A stretch of DNA of 64,000 bases from Eledone cirrhosa (taxonomy: Eukaryota), in NCBI GenBank assembly GCA_964016885.1, contig OZ024744.1:52948001-53012000 (forward strand). The letters are read 5' to 3'. Under the pieces are notes generated by a model that was not told the DNA's origin, ran no database searches, and worked only from the letters and a program-made list of their open reading frames with translations. Shown here piece after piece: positions 1-11,800 of the stretch (within the stretch, counting starts at the first letter, position 1; each line of letters opens with the position of its first letter). The translations under genes and the position numbers were made by a program.

Positions 1-438
1 TAGTGACAAGTGTAAGTCATGTGACCAGTAAACATATCAACTACAAGACTACACTAGCACCTCTCTCTCAGTCTAGAGACAAGTGTAAGTCATGTGACCA
101 GTAAACATATCAACTACAAGACTACACCAGCACCTCTGTCTCAGTCTAGTGACAAGTGTATGCCATGTGACCAGTAAACATATCAACTACAAGACTACAC
201 CAGCACCACTCTCTCAGTCTAGTGACAAGTGTAAGTCATGTGACCAGTAAACATCTCAACTACAAGACTACACCAGCACCTCTCTCTCAGTCTAGTGACA
301 AGTGTAAGCCATGTGACCAGTAATCACATCAACTACAGGACTACACCAGCACCTTTCTCTCAGTCTAGTGACAAGTGTAAGACATGTGTCCAGTAAAGAT
401 ATCAACTACAAGACTACACCAGCACCTCTCTCTCAGTC
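1..438 (+). repeat. Recurrent 6-monomer variant cassette (copies near 1, 3361, 7230, 9129; altered copies near 12190 and 14680)
   Basis: The same ordered rare alleles recur: ACACTAG+CTAGAG, CTCTGTC+GTATGCC, CACCAC, ACATCTC, AATCAC+ACAGG+CTTTC, AAAGAT. Confidence 0.85.
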
Positions 439-2412
439 TAGTGACAAGTGTAAGACATGTGACCAGTAAACATATCAACTACAAGACTACACCAGCACCT
501 CTCTCTCAGTCTAGTGACAAGTGTAAGCCATGTGACCAGTAAACACATCAACTACAAGACTACACCAGCACCTCTCTCTCAGTCTAGTGACAAGTGTAAG
601 GCATGTGACCAGTAAACACATCAACTACAAGACTACACCAGCACCACTCGCTCTCAGTCTAGTGACAAGTGTAAGCCATGTGACCAGTAAACATATCAAC
701 TACAAGCCTACACCAGCACCTCTCTCTCAGTCTACTGACAAGTGTAAGTCATGTGACCAGTAAACATATCAACTACAAGACTACACCAGCACCTCTCTCT
801 CAGTCTAGTGACAAGTGTAAGACATGAGACCAGTAAACATATCAACTACAAGACTACACCAGCACCTCTCTCTCAGTCTAGTGACAAGTGTAAGACATGT
901 GACCAGTAAACATATCAACTACAAGACTACACCATCACCTCTCTCTCAGTCTAGTGACAAGTGTAAGACATGTGACCAGTAAACATATCAACTACAAGAC
1001 TACACCTTCACCTCTCTCTCAGTCTAGTGACAAGTGTAAGACATGTGACCAGTAAACATATGAACTACAAGACTACACCATCACCTCTCTCTCAGTCTAG
1101 TGACAAGTGTAAGACATGTGACCAGTAAACATATCAACTACAAGACTACACCAGCACCTCTCTCTCAGTCTAGTGACAAGTGTAAGACATGTGACCAGTA
1201 AACATATCAACTACAAGACTACACCAGCACCTCTCTCTCAGTCTAGTGACAAGTGTAAGTCATGTGACCAGTAAACATATCAACTACAAGACTACACCAG
1301 CACCACTCTCTCAGTCTAGTGACAAGTGTAAGTCGTGTGACCAATAAACATATCAACTACATGACTACACTAGCACCTCTCTCTCAGTCTAGTGACAAGT
1401 GTAAGCCATGTGACCAGTAAACATATCAACTACAAGACTACACCAGCACCTCTCTCTCAGTCTAGTGACAAGTGTAAGACATGTGACCAGTAAACACATC
1501 AACTACAAGACTACACCAGCACCTCTCTCTCAGTCTAGTGACAAGTGTAAGCCATGTGACCAGTAAACATATCAACTACAAGACTACACCAGCACCTCTC
1601 TCTCATTGTAGTGACAAGTGTAAGGCATGTGACCAGTAAACATATCAACTACAAGACTACACCAGCACCTCTCTCTCAGTCTAGTGACAAGTGTAAGCCA
1701 TGTGACCAGTAAACATATCAACTACATGACTACACCAGCACCTCTCTCTCAGTCTAGTGACAAGTGTAAGACAGGTGACCAGTAAACATATCAACTACAA
1801 GACTACACCAGCACCTCTCTCTCAGTCTAGTGACAAGTGTAAGACATGTGACCAGTAAACATATCAACTACAAGACTACACCAGCACCACTCTCTCAGTC
1901 TAGTGACAAGTGTAAGCCATGTGACCAGTAAACATATCAACTACAAGACTACACCAGCACCTCTCTCTCAGTTTAGTGACAAGTGTAAACATATGACCAG
2001 TAAACATATCAACTACAAGACTACACCAGCACCTCTCTCTCAGTCTAGTGACAAGTGTAACTCATGTGACCAGTAAACATATCAACTACAAGACTACACC
2101 AGCACCTCTCTCTCAGTCTAGTGACAAGTGTAAGACATGTGACCAGTAAACACATCAACTACAAGACTACACCAGCACCACTCTCTCTCAGTCTAGTGAC
2201 AAGTGTAAGACATGTGTCCAGTAAACATATCAACTACAAGACTACACCAGCACCTCTCTCTCAGTCTAGTGACAAGTGTAAGCCATGTGACCAGTAAACA
2301 TATCAACTACAAGCCTACACCAGCACCTCTCTCTCAGTCTAGTGACAAGTGTAAGTCATGTGACCAGTAAACATATCAACTACAAGACTACACCAGCACC
2401 TCTCTCTCAGTC

Positions 2413-5400
2413 TAGTGACAAGTGTAAGCCATGTGACCAGTAAACATATCAACTACAAGACTACACCAGCACCTCTCTCTCAGTCTAGTGACAAGTGTAA
2501 GACATGTGACCTGTAAACATATCAACTACAAGACTACACCAGCACCTCTCTCTCAGTCTAGTGACAAGTGTAAACATATGACCAGTAAACATATCAACTA
2601 CAAGACTACACCAGCACCACTCTCTCAGTCTAGTGACAAGTGTAAGACATGTGACCAGTAAACATATCAACTACAAGACTACACCAGCACCTCTCTCTCA
2701 GTCTAGTGACAAGTGTAAGACATGTGACCAGTAAACATATCAACTACAAGACTACACCAGCACCTCTCTCTCAGTCTAGTGACAAGTGTAAGACATGTGA
2801 CCAGTAAACATATCAACTACAAGACTACACCAGCACCTCTCTCTCAGTCTAGTGACAAGTGTAAGTCATGTGACCAGTAAACATATCAACTACAAGACTA
2901 CACCAGCCCCTCTCTCTCAGTCTACAGACAAGTGTAAGTCACGTGACCAGTAAACATATCAACTACAAGACTACACCAGCACCTCTCTCTCAGTCTAGTG
3001 ACAAGTGTAAGTCATGTGACCAGTAAACATATCAACTACAAGACTACACCAGCACCTCTGTCTCAGTCTAGTGACAAGTGTAAGTCATGTGACCAGTAAA
3101 CATATCAACTACAAGACTACACTAGCACCTCTCTCTCAGTCTAGTGACAAGTGTAAGTCATGTGACCAGTAAACATATCAACTACAAGACTACACTAGCA
3201 CCTCTCTCTCAGTCTAGTGACAAGTGTAAGTCATGTGACCAGTAAACATATCAACTACAAGACTACACCAGCACCTCTCTCTCAGTCTAGTGACAAGTGT
3301 AAGTCATGTGACCAGTAAACATATCAACTACAAGACTACACCAGCACCTCTCTCTCAGTCTAGTGACAAGTGTAAGTCATGTGACCAGTAAACATATCAA
3401 CTACAAGACTACACTAGCACCTCTCTCTCAGTCTAGAGACAAGTGTAAGTCATGTGACCAGTAAACATATCAACTACAAGACTACACCAGCACCTCTGTC
3501 TCAGTCTAGTGACAAGTGTATGCCATGTGACCAGTAAACATATCAACTACAAGACTACACCAGCACCACTCTCTCAGTCTAGTGACAAGTGTAAGTCATG
3601 TGACCAGTAAACATCTCAACTACAAGACTACACCAGCACCTCTCTCTCAGTTTAGTGACAAGTGTAAGCCATGTGACCAGTAATCACATCAACTACAGGA
3701 CTACACCAGCACCTTTCTCTCAGTCTAGTGACAAGTGTAAGACATGTGACCAGTAAAGATATCAACTACAAGACTACACCAGCACCTCTCTCTCAGTCTA
3801 GTGACAAGTGTAAGCCATGTGACCAGTAAACATATCAACGAAAAGACTACACCAGCACCTCTCTCTCAGTCTAGTGACAAGTGTAAGACATGTGACCAGT
3901 AAACATATCAACTACAAGACTACACCAGCACCTCTCTCTCAGTCTAGTGACAAGTGTAAGCCATGTGACCAGTAAACATATCAACGAAAAGACTACACCA
4001 GCACCTCTCTCTCAGTCTAGTGACAAGTGTAAGACATGTGACCAGTAAACACATCAACTACAAGACTACACCAGCACCTCTCTCTCAGTCTAGTGACAAG
4101 TGTAAGGCATGTGACCAGTAAACACATCAACTACAAGACTACACCAGCACCACTCTCTCTCAGTCTAGTGACAAGTGTAAGCCATGTGACCAGTAAACAT
4201 ATCAACTACAAGCCTACACCAGCACCTCTCTCTCAGTCTACTGACAAGTGTAAGTCATGTGACCAGTAAACATATCAACTACAAGACTACACCAGCACCT
4301 CTCTCTCAGTCTAGTGACAAGTGTAAGCCATGTGACCAGTAAACATATCAACTACAAGACTACACCAGCACCTCTCTCTCAGTCTAGTGACAAGTGTAAG
4401 ACATGTGACCTGTAAACATATCAACTACAAGACTACACCAGCACCTCTCTCTCAGTCTAGTGACAAGTGTAAACATATGACCAGTAAACATATAAACTAC
4501 AAGTCTACACCAGCACCACCCTCTCAGTCTAGTGACAAGTGTAAGACATGTGACCAGTAAACACATCAACTAAAAGACTACACCAGCACCTCTCTCTCAG
4601 TCTAGTGACAAATATAAGGCATGTGACCAGTAAACATATCAACTACAAGACTACACCAGCACCACTCTCTCAGTCTGGTGACAAGTGTAAGACATGTGAC
4701 CAGTAAACATATCAACTACAAGACTACACCAGCACCTCTCTCTCAGTCTAGTGACAAGTGTAAGACATGTGACCAGTAAACATATCAACTACAAGACTAC
4801 ACCAGCACCTCTCTCTCAGTCTAGTGACAAGTGTAAGACATGTGACCAGTAAACATATCAACTACAAGACTACACCAGCACCTCTCTCTCAGTCTAGTGA
4901 CAAGTGTAAGACATGTGACCAGTAAACATATCAACTACAAGACTACACCAGCACCTCTCTCTCAGTCTAGTGACAAGTGTAAGACATGTGACCAGTAAAC
5001 ATATCAACTACAAGACTACACCAGCACCTCTCTCTCAGTCTAGTGACAAGTGTAAGACATGTGACCAGTAAACATATCAACTACAAGACTACACCAGCAC
5101 CTCTCTCTCAGTCTAGTGACAAGTGTAAGACATGTGACCAGTAAACATATCAACTACAAGACTACACCAGCACCTCTCTCTCAGTTTAGTGACAAGTGTA
5201 AGACATGTGACCAGTAAACACATCAACTACAAGACTACACCAGCACCACTCTCTCAGTCTAGTGACAAGTGTAAGCCATGTGACCAGTAAACATCTCAAC
5301 TACAAGACTACACCAGCACCTCTCTCTCAGTCTAGTGACAAGTGTAACTCATGTGACCAGTAAACATATCAACTACAAAACTACACCAGCACCTCTCTCT

Positions 5401-8400
5401 CAGTCTAGTGACAAGTGTAAGACATGTGACCAGTAAACATATCAACTACAAGACTACACCAGCACCTCTCTCTCAGTCTAGTGACAAGTGTAAGCCATGT
5501 GACCAGTAAACACATCAACTACAAGACTACACCAGCACCTCTCTCTCAGTCTAGTGACAAGTGTAAGGCATGTGACAAGTAAACACATCAACTACAAGAC
5601 TACACCAGCACCTCTCTCTCAGTCTAGTGACAAGTGTAAGGCATGTGACCAGTAAACACATCAACTACAAGACTACACCAGCACCTCTCTCTCAGTCTAG
5701 TGACAAGTGTAAGCCATGTGACCAGTAAACATATCAACTACAAGCCTACACCAGCACCTCTCTCTCAGTCTACTGACAAGTGTAAGCCATGTGACCAGTA
5801 AACATATCAACTACAAGACTACACCAGCACCTCTCTCTCAGTCTAGTGACAAGTGTAAGACATGTGACCAGTAAACACATCAACTACAAGACTACACCAG
5901 CACCTCTCTCTCAGTCTAGTGCCAAGTGTAAGCCATGTGACCAGTAAACATATCAACTACAAGACTACACCAGCACCACTCTCTCAGTCTAGTGACAAGT
6001 GTAAGACATGTGACCAGTAAACATATCAACTACAAGACTACACCAGCACCTCTCTCTAAGTCTAGTGACAAGTGTAAGACATGTGACCAGTAAACATATC
6101 AACTACAAGACTACACCAGCACCTCTCTCTCAGTCTAGTGACAAGTGTAAGTCATGTGACCAGTAAACATATCAACTACAAGACTACACCAGCACCTCTC
6201 TCTCAGTCTAGTGACAAGTGTAAGCCATGTGACCAGTAAACATATCAACTACAAGACTACACCAGCACCTCTCTCTCAGTCTAGTGACAAGTGTAAGACA
6301 TGTGACCAGTAAACATATCAACTACAAGACTACACCAGCACCACTCTCTCAGTCTAGTGACAAGTGTAAGACATGTGACCAGTAAACATATCAACTACAA
6401 GACTACACCAGCACCTCTCTCTCAGTCTAGTGACAAGTGTAAGACATGTGACCAGTAAACATATCAACTACAAGACTACACCAGCACCTCTCTCACAGTC
6501 TAGTGACAAGTGTAAGACATGTGACCAGTAAACATATCAACTACAAGACTACACCAGCACCACTCTCTCAGTCTAGTGACAAGTGTAAGTCATGTGATCA
6601 GTAAACATCTCAACTACAAGACTACACCAGCACCTCTCTCTCAGTCTAGTGACAAGTGTAAGCCATGTGACCAGTAAACATATCAACTACAAGACTACAC
6701 CAGCACCTCTCTCTCAGTCTAGTGACAAGTGTAAGACATGTGACCTGTAAACATATCAACTACAAGACTACACCAGCACCTCTCTCTCAGTCTAGTGACA
6801 AGTGTAAACATATGACCAGTAAACATATCAACTACAAGACTACACCAGCACCACTCTCTCAGTCTAGTGACAAGTGTAAGACATGTGACCAGTAAACATA
6901 TCAACTACAAGACTACACCAGCACCTCTCTCTCAGTCTAGTGACAAGTGTAAGACATGTGACCAGTAAACATATCAACTACAAGACTACACCAGCACCTC
7001 TCTCTCAGTCTAGTGACAAGTGTAAGACATGTGACCAGTAAACATATCAACTACAAGACTACACCAGCACCTCTCTCTCAGTCTAGTGACAAGTGTAAGT
7101 CATGTGACCAGTAAACATATCAACTACAAGACTACACCAGCCCCTCTCTCTCAGTCTACAGACAAGTGTAAGTCATGTGACCAGTAAACATATCAACTAC
7201 AAGACTACACCAGCACCTCTCTCTCAGTCTAGTGACAAGTGTAAGTCATGTGACCAGTAAACATATCAACTACAAGACTACACTAGCACCTCTCTCTCAG
7301 TCTAGAGACAAGTGTAAGTCATGTGACCAGTAAACATATCAACTACAAGACTACACCAGCACCTCTGTCTCAGTCTAGTGACAAGTGTATGCCATGTGAC
7401 CAGTAAACATATCAACTACAAGACTACACCAGCACCACTCTCTCAGTCTAGTGACAAGTGTAAGTCATGTGACCAGTAAACATCTCAACTACAAGACTAC
7501 ACCAGCACCTCTCTCTCAGTTTAGTGACAAGTGTAAGCCATGTGACCAGTAATCACATCAACTACAGGACTACACCAGCACCTTTCTCTCAGTCTAGTGA
7601 CAAGTGTAAGACATGTGACCAGTAAAGATATCAACTACAAGACTACACCAGCACCTCTCTCTCAGTCTAGTGACAAGTGTAAGCCATGTGACCAGTAAAC
7701 ATATCAACGAAAAGACTACACCAGCACCTCTCTCTCAGTCTAGTGACAAGTGTAAGACATGTGACCAGTAAACATATCAACTACAAGACTACACCAGCAC
7801 CTCTCTCTCAGTCTAGTGACAAGTGTAAGACATGTGACCAGTAAACACATCAACTACAAGACTACACCAGCACCTCTCTCTCAGTCTAGTGACAAGTGTA
7901 AGGCATGTGACCAGTAAACACATCAACTACAAGACTACACCAGCACCACTCTCTCTCAGTCTAGTGACAAGTGTAAGCCATGTGACCAGTAAACATATCA
8001 ACTACAAGCCTACACCAGCACCTCTCTCTCAGTCTACTGACAAGTGTAAGTCATGTGACCAGTAAACATATCAACTACAAGACTACACCAGCACCTCTCT
8101 CTCAGTCTAGTGACAAGTGTAAGCCATGTGACCAGTAAACATATCAACTACAAGACTACACCAGCACCTCTCTCTCAGTCTAGTGACAAGTGTAAGACAT
8201 GTGACCTGTAAACATATCAACTACAAGACTACACCAGCACCTCTCTCTCAGTCTAGTGACAAGTGTAAACATATGACCAGTAAACATATAAACTACAAGT
8301 CTACACCAGCACCACCCTCTCAGTCTAGTGACAAGTGTAAGACATGTGACCAGTAAACACATCAACTAAAAGACTACACCAGCACCTCTCTCTCAGTCTA

Positions 8401-8886
8401 GTGACAAATATAAGGCATGTGACCAGTAAACATATCAACTACAAGACTACACCAGCACCACTCTCTCAGTCTGGTGACAAGTGTAAGACATGTGACCAGT
8501 AAACATATCAACTACAAGACTACACCAGCACCTCTCTCTCAGTCTAGTGACAAGTGTAAGACATGTGACCAGTAAACATATCAACTACAAGACTACACCA
8601 GCACCTCTCTCTCAGTCTAGTGACAAGTGTAAGACATGTGACCAGTAAACATATCAACTACAAGACTACACCAGCACCTCTCTCTCAGTCTAGTGACAAG
8701 TGTAAGACATGTGACCAGTAAACATATCAACTACAAGACTACACCAGCACCTCTCTCTCAGTCTAGTGACAAGTGTAAGACATGTGACCAGTAAACATAT
8801 CAACTACAAGACTACACCAGCACCTCTCTCTCAGTCTAGTGACAAGTGTAAGACATGTGACCAGTAAACATATCAACTACAAGACT
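2413..8886 (+). repeat. Multi-kb higher-order duplication: ~2413-5090 duplicated at ~6647-8886
   Basis: Shared ordered markers: TGACCTGT, 72-bp TAAACATATG unit, CAGCCCC+CTACAG, the 6-mer cassette, AACGAAAA, TATAAAC+AAGTCT+CACCACCC, ACAAATATAAGG, TCTGGTG. The offset falls from 4234 (58x73) to 3869 (53x73) to 3796 (52x73). The ORF pairs 2485/6719 and 4384/8180 match these offsets. Confidence 0.85.
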
Positions 8887-11800
8887 ACACAAGCACCTCT
8901 CTCTCAGTCTAGTGACAAGTGTAAGACATGTGACCAGTAAACATATCAACTACAAGACTACACCAGCACCTCTCTCTCAGTCTAGTGACAAGTGTAAGAC
9001 ATGTGACCAGTAAACATATCAACTACAAGACTACACCAGCACCTCTCTCTCAGTCTAGTGACAAGTGTAAGACATGTGACCAGTAAACATATCAACTACA
9101 AGACTACACCAGCACCTCTCTCTCAGTCTAGTGACAAGTGTAAGTCATGTGACCAGTAAACATATCAACTACAAGACTACACTAGCACCTCTCTCTCAGT
9201 CTAGAGACAAGTGTAAGTCATGTGACCAGTAAACATATCAACTACAAGACTACACCAGCACCTCTGTCTCAGTCTAGTGACAAGTGTATGCCATGTGACC
9301 AGTAAACATATCAACTACAAGACTACACCAGCACCACTCTCTCAGTCTAGTGACAAGTGTAAGTCATGTGACCAGTAAACATATCAACTACAAGACTACA
9401 CCAGCACCACTCTCTCAGTCTAGTGACAAGTGTAAGCCATGTGACCAGTAAACATCTCAACTACAAGACTACACCAGCACCTCTCTCTCAGTCTAGTGAC
9501 AAGTGTAAGCCATGTGACCAGTAATCACATCAACTACAGGACTACACCAGCACCTTTCTCTCAGTCTAGTGACAAGTGTAAGACATGTGACCAGTAAAGA
9601 TATCAACTACAAGACTACACCAGCACCTCTCTCTCAGTCTAGTGACAAGTGTAAGACATGTGACCAGTAAACATATCAACTACAAGACTACACCAGCACC
9701 TCTCTCTCAGTCTAGTGACAAGTGTAAGCCATGTGACCAGTAAACACATCAACTACAAGACTACACCAGCACCTCTCTCTCAGTCTAGTGACAAGTGTAA
9801 GGCATGTGACAAGTAAACACATCAACTACAAGACTACACCAGCACCTCTCTCTCAGTCTAGTGACAAGTGTAAGGCATGTGACCAGTAAACACATCAACT
9901 ACAAGACTACACCAGCACCTCTCTCTCAGTCTAGTGACAAGTGTAAGACATGTGACCAGTAAACATATCAACTACAAGACTACACCAGCACCTCTCTCTC
10001 AGTCTAGTGACAAGTGTAAGACATGTGACCAGTAAACACATCAGCTACAAGACTACACCAGCACCTCTCTCTCAGTCTAGTGACAAGTGTAAGCCATGTG
10101 ACCAGTAAACATATCAACTACAAGCCTACACCAGCACCTCTCTCTCAGTCTACTGACAAGTGTAAGCCATGTGACCAGTAAACATATCAACTACAAGACT
10201 ACACCAGCACCTCTCTCTCAGTCTAGTGACAAGTGTAAGACATGTGACCAGTAAACACATCAACTACAAGACTACACCAGCACCTCTCTCTCAGTCTAGT
10301 GCCAAGTGTAAGCCATGTGACCAGTAAACATATCAACTACAATACTACACCAGCACCACTCTCTCAGTCTAGTGACAAGTGTAAGACATGTGACCAGTAA
10401 ACATATCAACTACAAGACTACACCAGCACCTCTCTCTAAGTCTAGTGACAAGTGTAAGCCATGTGACCAGTAAACATATCAACTACAAGCCTACACCAGC
10501 ACCTCTCTCTCAGTCTACTGACAAGTGTAAGCCATGTGACCAGTAAACATATCAACTACAAGACTACACCAGCACCTCTCTCTCAGTCTAGTGACAAGTG
10601 TAAGTCATGTGACCAGTAAACATATCAACTACAAGACTACACCAGCACCTCTCTCTCAGTCTAGTGACAAGTGTAAGCCATGTGACCAGTAAACATATCA
10701 ACTACAAGACTACACCAGCACCTCTCTCTCAGTCTAGTGACAAGTGTAAGACATGTGACCAGTAAACATATCAACTACAAGACTACACCAGCACCACTCT
10801 CTCAGTCTAGTGACAAGTGTAAGACATGTGACCAGTAAACATATCAACTACAAGACTACACCAGCACCTCTCTCTCAGTCTAGTGACAAGTGTAAGACAT
10901 GTGATAGGTAAACATATCAACTACAAGACTACACCAGCACCTCTCTCACAGTCTAGTGACAAGTGTAAGACATGTGACCAGTAAACATATCAACTACAAG
11001 ACTACACCAGCACCACTCTCTCAGTCTAGTGACAAGTGTAAGTCATGTGATCAGTAAACATCTCAACTACAAGACTACACCAGCACCTCTCTCTCAGTCT
11101 AGTGACAAGTGTAAGACATGTGACCAGTAAACATATCAACTACAAGACTACGCCAGACCCTCTCTCTCAGTCTAGTGACAAGTGTAAGACATGTGACCAG
11201 TAAACATATCAACTACAAGCCTACACCAGCACCTCTCTCTCAGTCTACTGACAAGTGTAAGTCATGTGACCAGTAAACATATCAACGAAAAGACTACACC
11301 AGCACCACTCTCTCAGTCTAGTGACAAGTGTAAGACATGTGACCAGTAAACATATCAACTACAAGACTACACCTTCACCTCTCTCTCAGTCTAGTGACAA
11401 GTGTAAGACATGTGACCAGTAAACATATCAACTACAAGACTACACCAGCACCTCTCTCTCAGTCTAGTGACAAGTGTAAGACTTGTGACCAGTAAACATA
11501 TCAACTACAAGACTACACCAGCACCTCTCTCTTAGTCTAGTGACAAGTGTAAGACATGTGACCAGTAAACATATCAACTACAAGACTACACCAGCACCTC
11601 TCTCTCCGTCTAGTGACAAGTGTAAGGCATGTGACCAGTAAACACATCAACTACAAGACTACACCAGCACCACTCTCTCTCAGTCTAGTGACAAGTGTAA
11701 GCCATGTGACCAGTCAACATATCAACTACAAGCCTACACCAGCACCTCTCTCTCAGTCTACTGACAAGTGTAACACATGTGACCAGTAAACATATCAACT

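Noticed and set aside
61-69. (CT)n microsatellite as a separate feature
   Set aside because: It is only 4-5 units and an integral part of the monomer; its slippage explains the 75-bp variants.
1-73. Tandem tRNA genes or tRNA-derived SINE (73 nt)
   Set aside because: No GTTCRA T-loop/B-box on either strand, and I could not form an acceptor stem or cloverleaf.
10-74. Structured RNA or ribozyme in the monomer (GTGTAAGTC/GACTACAC and AGACT/AGTCT pairings)
   Set aside because: The stems are short and imperfect, I saw no compensatory changes among variants, and there is no hammerhead core (CTGANGA...GAAA).
2485-8365. Four 61-aa minus-strand ORFs (2485, 4384, 6719, 8180)
   Set aside because: They are translations of the satellite, opened by a 72-bp monomer that shifts the frame past consensus stops. 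They recur only because the block is duplicated, and show no recognisable domain or gene context.
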